A DNA stretch of 64,000 bases from Polyangiaceae bacterium (GCA_035063585.1 JAPSGB010000008.1:224001-288000), one strand, 5' to 3'; positions 40,033 through 50,064 are shown, counted from the stretch's first letter. Notes: generated by a model from the sequence alone, not told the origin. Translations and numbers: made by a program.

Positions 40033-41949
40033 ATGAAGCGGTCTCGGGATCTGCTGGCGGTATCTTCTCTGCTCTTGATGCTGGGCGGCGCGCTCGGGTT
40101 CGCGGGTTGCGCGAGCGGCGGCTCGACCGACGACTCGTCGGGGTTCGGGGGGCAGGCCGGCAGCGGCGGGTCCGACGCGGGCCTCGGTGGCGCGAGCGGC
40201 AGCGGGACCGGCGGCGCGAGCGGAGCCGGCGGCAGCGGAACCGGCGGCGCGAGCGGAGCCGGTGGTCTGGGCGGCGCGGCCGGCGGCGGGAGCGGCGGCG
40301 CGGCAGGTGACGACGGCGGACTCGGCGGCGCGGGCGGACTCGGCGGCGCGGGCGGGCTCGGCGGCGCGGGCGGACTCGGCGGCGCGGGTGGAACCGGCGG
40401 CGGAGGAGGGTGCGCGTGCGCGCCGGACACGTACGACGTCGACAACAACCCGCTCACCGGAGCGTGCGGCTGCGAGTACTCGTGCGTGAAGACGGCGGAG
40501 GGACGCGCGGGCAAGGACCCCATCGATCCTGGCTTCACGGACGACAACTGCGACGGCGGCGATGGCCTGGTCGAGCAGTGCGTGTACGTCTCGGCGACGA
40601 GCGGCGACGACGCGACGGGCGCGGGCACCCGCGATGAACCGGTCCGCACGATCGCGCGCGCGATCGCGGTCGCGAAGGACAACGCGATCCCGGCGGTGTG
40701 TCTCTCCGGCGATCGCTACGACGAGGCGGTGACGGTCGAGAGCGGGATCAGCATCTACGGCGGCTTCGACGAAGGCATCGGGGACTTCCGGTTCCGCCGC
40801 GCAGCGAGCGCGACCACGCTCGTGGTCGCCGAGGGGACGGTGTTCCTCGCGCCGAAGATTGACAAGGAGACGCACATCGAGGGGCTCACGATCCAAGCCG
40901 AGACGCCCCCTGGCTCGGGTGAGAGCACCTACGGGGTGCGACTCGTCGCCGGCAGCGGGACGCTCTACGTGCGCTATGACGAGATCCTCGCGCGGGCCGG
41001 GAGCGCGGGCGGCGCGGGGACCAACGGGGCTTCCCAGGGCGGCACCGCTTCGGGGGGCACTCAAGGCGCTTCGGGCGGCGAGACCTGCCCGTCGTGCGGC
41101 GACGGCGCCGGCGCGCCGAGTTGCGGCGCCGCGGACGTCATCGCCGGCGTGGGCGGCAACGGCGCGAAGGGTAATGGACTGAGCGGCCAAGCTGGAGGTG
41201 TCGGCGGCTCGGGCGTCGGCGGCGGGACCGCTGGCGCGGGCGCCGACCCGAACGGCTGCACACCCGCCATCTCCGACCCCGGGACGCCCGGCTCGCCCGG
41301 TGGCCCGGGGGCGAAGGGCGCCGATGGGACGCGCGGTGCCGGCGGCGGTTCCGTCGGAACCATCGCGGCGGGAGCGTACTTGCCCGCGAACGGCGCGAAG
41401 GGCGGCGACGGCGGGAACGGCAAGGGCGGGGGCGGCGGCGGCGGCGGCGGCGCGGGAAGCGGTGCGGGCCTCTGCTTAAGCAAGTGGGACTCGGGCGGCG
41501 GCGGCGGCTCGGGCGGCTGTGGCGGCCTCGGCGGTGGCGGCGGCCTCGGCGGCGGCGGCGGCGGTGGGAGCTTCGGCGTCTTCGCGGTGGCCGGGAAGGT
41601 GGTCGTGTCCGGGAACGAGATCACGACCTCAGCGGGCGGGGCCGGCGGCAAGGGCGGAGATGGCGGCACGGCGCAGGTCGGTGGGAACGGCGGTCCCGGC
41701 GGCTCACACAGCGACGACAGCGGCCCGGGCGGCCCGGGCGGCGCCGGTGGCGCTGGCGGCGCGGGCGCACCCGGTGCTGGGGGCGGCGGGGGACCGAGCA
41801 CCTGTCTCGGCTACGGTACCCAGGTGGGTACCAAGACGTTCTCGGCGAACTCGTGCTCCACCGGGCTACCCGGGCGGGGCGGCGCGGGCGGCGACGGCGG
41901 TAACCCGGGGATGGACGGCACGGCCGGGACGCAGGTCCAGATCAACTGA
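40033..41949 (+). CDS. PGRS-like Gly-rich surface lipoprotein (DUF1565-like core)
   Basis: Lipobox FAG-C; DDNCDG motif; YVSATSGDD..GT..PVRTIARA; IYGGF; long GGxGG tracts. Confidence 0.8.
   Translation: MKRSRDLLAVSSLLLMLGGALGFAGCASGGSTDDSSGFGGQAGSGGSDAGLGGASGSGTGGASGAGGSGTGGASGAGGLGGAAGGGSGGAAGDDGGLGGAGGLGGAGGLGGAGGLGGAGGTGGGGGCACAPDTYDVDNNPLTGACGCEYSCVKTAEGRAGKDPIDPGFTDDNCDGGDGLVEQCVYVSATSGDDATGAGTRDEPVRTIARAIAVAKDNAIPAVCLSGDRYDEAVTVESGISIYGGFDEGIGDFRFRRAASATTLVVAEGTVFLAPKIDKETHIEGLTIQAETPPGSGESTYGVRLVAGSGTLYVRYDEILARAGSAGGAGTNGASQGGTASGGTQGASGGETCPSCGDGAGAPSCGAADVIAGVGGNGAKGNGLSGQAGGVGGSGVGGGTAGAGADPNGCTPAISDPGTPGSPGGPGAKGADGTRGAGGGSVGTIAAGAYLPANGAKGGDGGNGKGGGGGGGGGAGSGAGLCLSKWDSGGGGGSGGCGGLGGGGGLGGGGGGGSFGVFAVAGKVVVSGNEITTSAGGAGGKGGDGGTAQVGGNGGPGGSHSDDSGPGGPGGAGGAGGAGAPGAGGGGGPSTCLGYGTQVGTKTFSANSCSTGLPGRGGAGGDGGNPGMDGTAGTQVQIN
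40315..40386 (+). repeat. 18-bp coding tandem repeat x4
   Basis: GGCGGA/GCTCGGCGGCGCG units encoding GGLGGA. Confidence 0.8.
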
Positions 41950-41999
41950 GCCGCGCCGGCTGACGCCGGCGCCTCGGAGTCCTCCTTGCGGAGCTTCGC

Positions 42000-42197
42000 T
42001 CACGAGCCGAGGCAGCCGCCGCCGGCGAGGCCGCCACGGCCGGCCGAGCTGCTCGAGCCGTTCGCGCCTGCGTGACCACCCGAGCCGTTCGCGCCGCCGA
42101 ATCCGCCGCCGTTACCGCTCATACCGCAGGCACCTCCGAGCCCTCCGACCGTGAGCCCGAGCGAGAGCGCGAGGAAACGCTGCCGATAGACTCCCAT
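42000..42197 (-). CDS. Short Gly-rich lipoprotein, possibly a truncated remnant
   Basis: Signal + lipobox LGGA-C + Gly linker, then a stop with no globular domain. Confidence 0.5.
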   Translation of the reverse strand: MGVYRQRFLALSLGLTVGGLGGACGMSGNGGGFGGANGSGGHAGANGSSSSAGRGGLAGGGCLGS

Positions 42198-42271
42198 GAT
42201 GATGGGATTACGCCGCGCACCGGCTGGAATTTCAAGCGCGCCAGCGGCGTTCGAGTCATGGTGGCCGCCCG

Positions 42272-43942
42272 GTGACCAGCCCGCCCAGCGATCACGTTTC
42301 GGTTCGCTCGCGCGCGCGCGCGCTTGCTCCAGGTCCCCGCGCGCTCGTCGTCCTCGCCGCGTTGGTCGCGCACCTGCCTGCTCTCGGCAACGGCTTCACC
42401 ACCGATGACCGGTCGCTCCTCGTCGATAACCCGTTCCTCCGCTCGGCGCGCGGGCTCCCGACGCTCCTCTCGAGCGAGATGTTCATCGCGAGCGGGGAGC
42501 CGACGCTGACCCCGTACTACCGCCCGCTGTCCTCGCTCCTCTACTGGCTGAGCTACCAGGGTCTCGGCGCCCGAGCGCCGCTCCAGCACGGGCTCAACGT
42601 CGTGATGCACATGGCTGTCGCGTGGCTGCTGGTGGTCACCGTCGAGCGGCTCGGCGCGAGCCGCGCGGCCGCGGCCGCGAGCGGGCTCCTCTTCGCGGTG
42701 CACCCCGTCGGCAGCGAGCTCGTGGCGTACCTCGGCGGCCGTCAGGACATGCTCGGCTGGCTCTTTGCGCTCGCGGCGCTCCTCGTGGTGTCGCGCGGCG
42801 CGCTCGGCCTGCGCGCGGGGCTCCTGGTGTTCCTCGCGACCTTCGCCGCGATCTCGTCGCGGGAGTTCTTCCTGTTCTTTCCGCCGGTGCTCGCGACCGC
42901 GGCGCTCTTGCGCGGCGCGCGGGCGGGCAGCGCGCGTCGCGCCGCGGTCGCGCTCCTCGGCAGCGGCGCCGCGGTCGCGGCCGCGACGGGCCTGCGGCGC
43001 GCGCTCGGGCTCATCCCGCTGGTCCCGCCTCCGGCGAGCCCGTCGAGCTGGCTTCGGGCCGCCGCGACCGTCGAGCTCCGGCTGCTCCGCGACGCGCTCG
43101 CGCCGACCGATCTCAGCCACGCCTCGACCCTCCCGCTCGTGCCCGGGTCCGCGGCGCTCGCGGTCCTCACGCTCACCGCGCTCGCGGCCGCCGCAGGGTT
43201 CGCGTGGCTTCGCCGGAGCGCGCCCGAGCGGCTCGCCGCCTACGCGGTCGGGGTCGCGGTCTTCGGGGTCGCGTTCATCGCGCACGCCGCGGTGCTCCTG
43301 CGCTTCGGCTACATCTCGGATCGCTACGCCTACGTGACGCTGCTCGGTCTCACGCTGGCGGGCGCCGCCGCGGCCTCGCCGATCGCGCGCGAGGCGTCGC
43401 GGGGACTGAGCGCGCGGTTCGCGCGTCGGATGCGGCTCGCGCCGCTCGTGCTCGCGGTCGCCACGCTCCCGCTCACCTGGTCGCGCGACCTCGCTTGGAA
43501 GGACGACGAGACCTTGATCTCGACCATGATCGCGGATCGCCCGGACGATCCCGAGTCGGAGTTCGCGCGGGCGTCGCTGGCCCTCGAACACGCGGGCCTC
43601 GACGCCGCCCATCCGCACTGTCTCCGCTACGCCGAGGCGCGACCGGAGAGCGACAAGGCGGCGTTTTGCCTCGGCGCGTGGCTCCTCGCCCATGGCCGCG
43701 CGCGCGAGGCGGTCCCGCTCCTCGAGCGTTACGTTCGCGGCCGGCCGGGGTTCGCGCCGTCGCGGCGCGCGCTCCTCGCGGCGCTCCTCGCGTCCGGGCA
43801 GCTCGACGCGGTCGACCGGTGGCTCGCGCTCCTCGAGCCCGACTTTCCCGGCGCCTCGGAGCTCGTCGAGGCGCGCGCCGAGCTCGCGCGCCGCCGCGCC
43901 GCGCCGCCGGCCGCGCCGGACCGGCACCCAGACCCCCGGTGA
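42272..43942 (+). CDS. TMTC-like GT-C glycosyltransferase with C-terminal TPRs
   Basis: FTTDD..NP, YYRPL, HGLNVVMH, LFAVHP..SE..GRQDML, SDRYAY, WKDD, TPR helices. Confidence 0.8.
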   Translation: MTSPPSDHVSVRSRARALAPGPRALVVLAALVAHLPALGNGFTTDDRSLLVDNPFLRSARGLPTLLSSEMFIASGEPTLTPYYRPLSSLLYWLSYQGLGARAPLQHGLNVVMHMAVAWLLVVTVERLGASRAAAAASGLLFAVHPVGSELVAYLGGRQDMLGWLFALAALLVVSRGALGLRAGLLVFLATFAAISSREFFLFFPPVLATAALLRGARAGSARRAAVALLGSGAAVAAATGLRRALGLIPLVPPPASPSSWLRAAATVELRLLRDALAPTDLSHASTLPLVPGSAALAVLTLTALAAAAGFAWLRRSAPERLAAYAVGVAVFGVAFIAHAAVLLRFGYISDRYAYVTLLGLTLAGAAAASPIAREASRGLSARFARRMRLAPLVLAVATLPLTWSRDLAWKDDETLISTMIADRPDDPESEFARASLALEHAGLDAAHPHCLRYAEARPESDKAAFCLGAWLLAHGRAREAVPLLERYVRGRPGFAPSRRALLAALLASGQLDAVDRWLALLEPDFPGASELVEARAELARRRAAPPAAPDRHPDPR

Positions 43943-44006
43943 GGCTCGGCGAGTCGCCGTGAGCACGCTCGCCGCCGCGTTGCCCGCGGCGCCGAGCCGG
44001 ATTTTG

Positions 44007-44080
44007 TCGGGGCGGGCAGATTCGAACTGCCGACCTCACGGACCCGAACCGTGCGCGCTACCAAACTGCGCTACGCCCCG
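44007..44080 (-). tRNA. tRNA-Pro (anticodon CGG), CCA not encoded
   Basis: CGGGGCG acceptor stem, D-arm GCGCAGTTTGGTAGCGC, CACGG-TTCGGGT-CCGTG, T-arm GGCAG-TTCGAAT-CTGCC; followed by CAA. Confidence 0.97.
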
Positions 44081-44158
44081 AAGGCCCCGCGGGCTTTCTC
44101 TCCCACGGGGCGGCGGAGAATGTTCTCCGCGAACCAGTCTGTCAAGCTGGCTCTTCGC

Positions 44159-45142
44159 TCAGCCCTTCGCGGCCTTGTGCTTCTTCAGCTCCTCGACCAG
44201 CGCGGGGACCGCCTGGAACAGATCGGCCACCAGCCCGTAGTCGGCGATCTGGAAGATGGGCGCCTCCGGGTCCTTGTTGATGGCGACGATCGTCTTCGAG
44301 CCCTTCATGCCGGCGATGTGCTGGATGGCGCCCGAGATGCCGATCGCGAAGTAGAGGCTCGGCGCGACGATCTTGCCCGTCTGCCCGACCTGGAAGTCGC
44401 CGGGGGCGTAGCCCGCGTCGCAGGCGGCGCGGCTCGCGCCGATGGCGGCGCCCAGGAGATCGGCGAGCGGCTCGAGCACGTCGAAGAACTTCTCCTTCAC
44501 CGCGCGCCCGCCGCTCACGACCACGCTCGCGTCGGTGAGCTCGGGGCGCTCGCTCTTGACCGTCTCGAGGGAGACGAACCCGACGCGGCCCGCCGCGGCC
44601 CCCGCGGCCGCTCGGGCGACGTCCTCGATGGGTGAGGCGCCGCCGCTCGGCGCCGCCGCGTCGAACTCGCTCTGACGCGCGCTGGCGACCTTGATGGCCG
44701 TGTCGAGCTGACAGTAGCCGTAGGCGTTGCCCGCGAACATCGGGCGCTTGAAGGTGAGGGCGCCGCCCTCGGCGCTGACGTCCGAGCAGTCGCCGGCGTA
44801 GGCGGCGTCGAGGCGCGCGGCGACCCGCGGCATGAGGTCCTTGCCGAAGCTCGACGCGGTCGCGCAGACGAGGTCGAAGCCCTTGCCGAGCGCCGCGACC
44901 GTCGGCGCGAAGGCCTCGGCGGTGTAGTTTTTCAGCGAGGCGTCGTCGCACGCGAAGATCTTCGCGGCGCCGAAGCCGGTGAGCTCGGCGGCGGCGGCCT
45001 TCGCGCCGGCGCCGATGACCAGGATCGAGAACGAGCCGCCCGCGGCGGGCGCGGCCTTGCGCGCCATGGTGATGGCGGAGTGGGTGGCCTTGCGGACCTT
45101 CCCGTCTTCCGTGAGCTCTGCGACAACGAGTACACCTGACAT
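44159..45142 (-). CDS. etfA: Electron transfer flavoprotein alpha subunit
   Basis: [48 protein letters not shown]. Confidence 0.96.
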   Translation of the reverse strand: MSGVLVVAELTEDGKVRKATHSAITMARKAAPAAGGSFSILVIGAGAKAAAAELTGFGAAKIFACDDASLKNYTAEAFAPTVAALGKGFDLVCATASSFGKDLMPRVAARLDAAYAGDCSDVSAEGGALTFKRPMFAGNAYGYCQLDTAIKVASARQSEFDAAAPSGGASPIEDVARAAAGAAAGRVGFVSLETVKSERPELTDASVVVSGGRAVKEKFFDVLEPLADLLGAAIGASRAACDAGYAPGDFQVGQTGKIVAPSLYFAIGISGAIQHIAGMKGSKTIVAINKDPEAPIFQIADYGLVADLFQAVPALVEELKKHKAAKG

Positions 45143-45161
45143 CTTGGTTGCTCCTTAACGC

Positions 45162-45989
45162 TCAGATGACCTTGGCTTCGCTCGAGAGCTTCTCGACGAG
45201 CTCGGCCACGTCCTTGACCTTGACGCCGGCCTTGCGCGCGGGCGGCGGCTCGAACTTGAGATAGCGGGTGGTGACCTTGGCGCCGCCCGTGAGGTCGGCG
45301 AGGGCCTTCACGTCGAGCGGCTTCTTCTTGGCCGCCATGATGGCCGGCAGCGCCGCGAAGCGGACGCCGTCGTTATACTTGTGCGAGGCGTCGGTGAGCT
45401 TCGAGTACACGCTGGTGGGCGCCACGATGCGGAGATCGACGGTGACCACCGCGGGGAACCCGAGGCGCAGCGAGAGCACCCCGCCGTCCACCTCGCGGCC
45501 GACCAGGACGCCGCCGTCCTCTTCCTTGATGGTCGCGGCGAAGGTCGCCATCGGGTAGTCGAGGAGCTCGGCGAGCTGCTGGCCGACCTGGTTCGAGTCC
45601 CCGTCGACGGCCTGCTTGCCGAGGAGCACGAGGTCGGGCTTCTCTTGCTCGACGAGCGATTTCAGGGCGTGGGCGACCACGCGGCCGTCGAGCTCCTCGT
45701 CGGTCGCCTCCACGCGGATGGCGCGGTCGGCGCCGGTGGCGAGCGCGGAGCGGAGGGTCGTCTCGGCGTCCTTCGGGCCGATGGTGGCGACCACCACCTC
45801 GCCCTCGCGCTTCTTCGGCGTCTTGCCGTTCTCGGTGAGCCGCAGCGCGGCCTCGAGCGCGTACTCGTCGAACGGATTCATCTTCCATTCGAGGCCGGCG
45901 GTGTCGATCTTCGCGCCGTCGGCGGGGATCTTCACCTTGTTGGCGTTGTCGGGGTCGGCGACCCGCTTGAGGGCGACCAGGATCTTCAC
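45162..45989 (-). CDS. etfB: Electron transfer flavoprotein beta subunit
   Basis: KILVALKRVAD, NPFDEYALE, ALATGADRA, GKQAVDGD. Confidence 0.96.
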   Translation of the reverse strand: MKILVALKRVADPDNANKVKIPADGAKIDTAGLEWKMNPFDEYALEAALRLTENGKTPKKREGEVVVATIGPKDAETTLRSALATGADRAIRVEATDEELDGRVVAHALKSLVEQEKPDLVLLGKQAVDGDSNQVGQQLAELLDYPMATFAATIKEEDGGVLVGREVDGGVLSLRLGFPAVVTVDLRIVAPTSVYSKLTDASHKYNDGVRFAALPAIMAAKKKPLDVKALADLTGGAKVTTRYLKFEPPPARKAGVKVKDVAELVEKLSSEAKVI

Positions 45990-46164
45990 GACGGACCTCC
46001 AGGGCAGGGGCGTCTCGGTCCGGCCTCGTGGCCGGAAGACGCGGAAGCGTGGGAACCACTACCCGCTAGGAAGCATCGCGTCAACGGGTCTCGACCGGGA
46101 TCTATTGCCGGCTCGGCGCGGAACCCGGCCCGCGGCGGAGACGATGCGCTAAGAAGCGGAAGCG

Positions 46165-47772
46165 ATGGCGCGCCATACAGACTTCCTGGTGCTCGGCAGC
46201 GGCGTGGCCGGGCTCTCCTTCGCGCTCCGCGCGGCCCGATACGGCGAGGTCACGGTAGTGACCAAGCGCGGCGGCGGGGACGCCTCGACGGCGTGGGCGC
46301 AGGGCGGCGTGGCGGCGGTGCTCGCGCCCGAGGACTCCTTCGAGCGCCATTTCGACGACACCATGCGAGCCGGCGCCGGGCTCTGCCACGACGTGGTGGT
46401 CGAGCTCTGCGTGCGCGAGGGCCCCGACGACGTGCGCGCGCTCATCGCGCTCGGCGCGGAGTTCTCCCGCGGCGAGGACGGCGAGCTCGACCTCGGGCGC
46501 GAGGGGGGCCACACCGCGCGGCGCGTGGCGCACGCGAGCGATCTCACCGGGCGCGAGATCGAGCGGACGCTCCTCGAGGCGGTGGCGCGCACGCCGAACA
46601 TCCTGCTGCTCGAAGAGCACATGGCGATCGATCTCATCACGCTCTCGAAGTTCGGCGGCCCGGACCAGTGCGTGGGCGCGTACCTGCTCGATCATGCGCG
46701 CGGGGCGATCGAGACCGTGCTCGCGCGGGCGACCATCCTCGCCACCGGCGGCGCGGGCAAGGTGTACCTCTACACGACGAACCCCGACGTCGCCTCGGGC
46801 GATGGCGTGGCGATGGCGTATCGAGCCGGCGCCGAGATCGCGAACATGGAATTTTATCAATTCCACCCGACCGCGCTCTACCACCCGAAGGCGAAGAGCT
46901 TCCTCGTGAGCGAGGCGCTCCGCGGCGAGGGCGCCGTGCTCCGGCTCCTCGACGGCGAGCCGTTCATGAAGCGTTACCATGAGATGGCCGATCTCGCGCC
47001 GCGCGACGTGGTGGCGCGCGCCATCGACCACGAGATGAAGAAGAGCGGCGCCGATCACGTGCTCCTCGACATCTCTCATCAAACACCGGACTTCATCCGC
47101 GAGCGCTTCCCGAACATCGCGGCCGAGTGTCTGCGCTTCGGCATCGACATCACGCGCGAGCCGATGCCCGTGGTGCCGGCGGCGCACTTCATGTGCGGTG
47201 GGGTCACCTCCGATCTCCACGGGCGCACCTCGCTGCCCGGCCTGTGGGCGGTGGGTGAGACGGCCTGCACGGGCCTGCATGGCGCCAACCGCCTGGCCTC
47301 GAACTCGCTCCTCGAGGGGCTGGTGTTCGGGCGCCGAGCCGCCGACAAGCTCGCGAGCAAGCTCGCAGAGCTGCGCTCCGCGTCCCTCCCGGACGTGCCC
47401 GACTGGCAGGTCGGTACCGCGGGGGTGAGCGACGAGGCGGTGGTGGTGTCGCAGAGCTGGGACGAGATTCGCCGGCTCATGTGGAACTACGTCGGCATCG
47501 TGCGGAGCGACGCGCGGCTGCGCCGCGCCGCGCGCCGCATCGCCCTCCTCGAGGAGGAGATCCGCGAGTATTACTGGAAGCACCTGGTGACCCGCGATCT
47601 CCTCGAGCTCCGCAACATCGCGACCGTCGCCGAGCTCATCATCGCCTCGGCCGCGAGCCGCCGCGAGAGCCGCGGTCTGCACTACACCACCGACCACCCC
47701 GAGACGCGCGCGGATTGGGCGCTCGACACCGTCACCAAGCGCGGCGTGGCGCCGCACCTCCGCGGGCGATGA
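46165..47772 (+). CDS. nadB: L-aspartate oxidase
   Basis: GSGVAGL, WAQGG, REGGH, QFHPT, SEALRGEG, LAPRD, GLHGANRLASNSLLE, ESRGLHY. Confidence 0.96.
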   Translation: MARHTDFLVLGSGVAGLSFALRAARYGEVTVVTKRGGGDASTAWAQGGVAAVLAPEDSFERHFDDTMRAGAGLCHDVVVELCVREGPDDVRALIALGAEFSRGEDGELDLGREGGHTARRVAHASDLTGREIERTLLEAVARTPNILLLEEHMAIDLITLSKFGGPDQCVGAYLLDHARGAIETVLARATILATGGAGKVYLYTTNPDVASGDGVAMAYRAGAEIANMEFYQFHPTALYHPKAKSFLVSEALRGEGAVLRLLDGEPFMKRYHEMADLAPRDVVARAIDHEMKKSGADHVLLDISHQTPDFIRERFPNIAAECLRFGIDITREPMPVVPAAHFMCGGVTSDLHGRTSLPGLWAVGETACTGLHGANRLASNSLLEGLVFGRRAADKLASKLAELRSASLPDVPDWQVGTAGVSDEAVVVSQSWDEIRRLMWNYVGIVRSDARLRRAARRIALLEEEIREYYWKHLVTRDLLELRNIATVAELIIASAASRRESRGLHYTTDHPETRADWALDTVTKRGVAPHLRGR

Positions 47773-48596
47773 CGACGGGCGCGGACCGCCCGCTGTCGCA
47801 CGGGGTGGCGCTCGCGTGGGCGGTCGGCGCGAGCCTCGCGCTCGCCCAGCTACTCCGCCTGACCATCGCGCTCCGCCCCTCGGCCGCGACCGACATCGTC
47901 AACCTGGGCGCCGTGGAGGCCGCGGTGTTCCTCTTCGGAACCTTCGCCATCCTCAGGCTCCACGCGCCCGCGCGACCGGCGCGCGCGGCGCTCGGGCTCA
48001 GGTACACGCACCCCGGCCTCGCGGTGCTCGGGCTCGCGCTCGGGCTCGCGCTACAGCTCCCGAGCGAGTCCATTCGCCAGCTGGTCGAGGCGCGCTTCCC
48101 GACCCCCGAGACGGAGCTCGTGAGCCAGTCGCTCCTGCTCTCGGGGTCGACTCCGCTGCGCGCTGCGTTGGTGCTCATGGTCGCCGCCTGCGTCGGACCG
48201 CTGGTCGAAGAGCTCTTCTTCCGCGGGGCGATCTTCGGCGCGCTCCGCCGTAGCCACCCGGCGGCGCCGGCGGCGGCGACGACCGCGCTCGCCTTCGTGT
48301 TCGGGCACCTCGAGTGGCGCAATTGGCTGCCGCTGCTCCTGGTGGCCGCGGTGCTGAGCTACCTCCGAGTCGCCAGCGGCTCGCTCTTGCCGTGTCTCGC
48401 CCTTCACGTCGGCTTCAACGCCGCCTCCCTCATCGCGCTCTTTGCCGGCGTCGCCACACCGACCGAGCCGCTCGGGCTCGCCGCGCCGGTCGTCGCGGCC
48501 GGCTGGATGGTGACCGCGGCGCTCCTCTTCGGCGTGCAGCTCATCGCCGGGCGGAGCCCGGACGCCGAAGCCGCCCGCGCGGAGGATGCCACATGA
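47769..48596 (+). CDS. CPBP (Abi/CAAX type II) intramembrane glutamic endopeptidase
   Basis: EELFFRG, FVFGH, HVGFN; ATGA-coupled to nadB. Confidence 0.88.
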   Translation: MTTGADRPLSHGVALAWAVGASLALAQLLRLTIALRPSAATDIVNLGAVEAAVFLFGTFAILRLHAPARPARAALGLRYTHPGLAVLGLALGLALQLPSESIRQLVEARFPTPETELVSQSLLLSGSTPLRAALVLMVAACVGPLVEELFFRGAIFGALRRSHPAAPAAATTALAFVFGHLEWRNWLPLLLVAAVLSYLRVASGSLLPCLALHVGFNAASLIALFAGVATPTEPLGLAAPVVAAGWMVTAALLFGVQLIAGRSPDAEAARAEDAT

Positions 48597-49063
48597 GGGC
48601 CGCGCTCGCGCTCGCCGTCGCCCTCGCGGTGAGCGGCTGTAAGAAGCCGTATCGGGTCGGCGAGTACGTGCTGGTCGAGTGGGACGGCCGCGACTACCCG
48701 GCGTACATCATCGAAGAGAAGAGCGCGTCGCGCTTCCGCGTTCATTTCGAGGGCTACAGCGCGCGCTGGGATGACGACGTGAGCCTCGAGCGGATCCACG
48801 GGCGCATCACCGGGCCGGTCACGCCGCCGCCCCCGCCGCGCTGGGTGGCGCTCGCCTCCGGCGCGCCGAGCGGGGCCGCGTCGGCCGCGCCCGTGAGCCC
48901 GTATCGGATCGGCGATCGCGTGCGGGTGACCTGGCGGGGCTCGACCTACAACGCCGCCATCATCGACATCGAGTCGCCGACCCGCGTGCGGGTCCACTAC
49001 GAGGGGCTCGAGACCGCCTGGGACGAGACGGTGGACACGAGCCGCATCGTGTCGCGTCGCTGA
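48593..49063 (+). CDS. Lipoprotein with two Tudor-knot/chromo-barrel-like domains
   Basis: GGAGG RBS; lipobox VSG-C; two repeats Y.[VI]G[ED].V.V.W.G..Y.A.I...RVH[FY]EG....WD[DE].V...RI. Confidence 0.8.
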   Translation: MRAALALAVALAVSGCKKPYRVGEYVLVEWDGRDYPAYIIEEKSASRFRVHFEGYSARWDDDVSLERIHGRITGPVTPPPPPRWVALASGAPSGAASAAPVSPYRIGDRVRVTWRGSTYNAAIIDIESPTRVRVHYEGLETAWDETVDTSRIVSRR

Positions 49064-49222
49064 GCGGTGCGCGCGGTGCCCAGCCGGAGCCGTATCCCTC
49101 CTCGCTCGCCGGGGCGCGCGCGGAAGTTGGCCGCGCGGCGCGCGCGCTGATAGACGCGAGTGACAGGCCCGCGAAGCCGGCTCTCCGCCGGGCGAGACGG
49201 GCCGCTGCCCCCAGGAGGCCCG

Positions 49223-49684
49223 ATGTCCGAGCACCCTCGCTCGAGAGCCGTGATCCGCGCCGCGCTCATCGCCGCGGCGCTCACCCTATCCCCCGCCGCG
49301 AGCGGCTCGACCGCGCCGGTCGCGCTCGGCAGGACCACGCTCGGCGCGGAGACGCGCGGCGCCGAAGCCCGTGACGCCTTTCGCGGCGTGGTGGCGCACG
49401 AGCTCGACGAGCTCGCGCTCGAGCGGGTGAGGGCGAGCGATCGCTTCGTCCTCTCGGCGACCCTCATGCGCCTCGAGGTCACCGCGCGCGACGACGAGGC
49501 CGAGGCGACCTGCGTGGTGTCGGTGACGCTCAGCCGCGCTCGCGGGGGCGCGCTCCACGCCATCATCCGCGGGCGCGCCCGGGCGGTCGACGCGCCGAGC
49601 CGCTCGCGCGACGCCGGGCTCGCCGCGCTGACCCACGCGGTGCGGAGCGCGATGCGTCAGGTGCCCGAGGCGATCCGGCGCTGA
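49223..49684 (+). CDS. Hypothetical secreted protein
   Basis: AGGAGG RBS; signal-peptide-like N-terminus. Confidence 0.6.
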   Translation: MSEHPRSRAVIRAALIAAALTLSPAASGSTAPVALGRTTLGAETRGAEARDAFRGVVAHELDELALERVRASDRFVLSATLMRLEVTARDDEAEATCVVSVTLSRARGGALHAIIRGRARAVDAPSRSRDAGLAALTHAVRSAMRQVPEAIRR

Positions 49685-50064
49685 ACGAGGCGCACGCTCT
49701 CCTCGCCGGGCATGTGCCCGAGGCTCTGCCAGCCCGACAGCAGCCGCCCCCGCTCGGCCGCGTCGAGCGCGCCCGGGTGCGCCTCCGCGAGCGCCTTGGC
49801 GAGGCCGAGCCACAGATCGGCGGGGCGCGCGTCGCCGAGCGCGAGGTGGGTGAGCCCGCGATAGAGCGCGTAGCGCGCGCGCTCCCGAGCGGACCAGCCC
49901 CGGCTCTCCGGCTCCAGTCGGCGGAGCTCGATGACCGCCTCCGGGTAGCGTGCGTCGCGGAACTCGTCGAGCGCGCCCGAGAGCGGCCCCGCGCAGCCCG
50001 AGAGCCAAGCGAGCGCGACGAGCGCCGCGGCGGAGCGCGGGCGCGGTGAGCTTTGCGACATCAC
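49657..50064 (-). CDS. Hypothetical TPR-like lipoprotein
   Basis: Lipobox LSG-C; helical YALYRGLTHLALGD. Confidence 0.65.
   Translation of the reverse strand: MMSQSSPRPRSAAALVALAWLSGCAGPLSGALDEFRDARYPEAVIELRRLEPESRGWSARERARYALYRGLTHLALGDARPADLWLGLAKALAEAHPGALDAAERGRLLSGWQSLGHMPGEESVRLVQRRIASGT

Noticed and set aside
40190..41900. GC-rich repeats as a CRISPR array
   Set aside because: In-frame Gly-coding tandem repeats without unique spacers; no cas genes
38810..44080. tRNA-Pro-anchored genomic island or prophage
   Set aside because: No integrase, no phage genes, and no duplicated tRNA 3' end noticed
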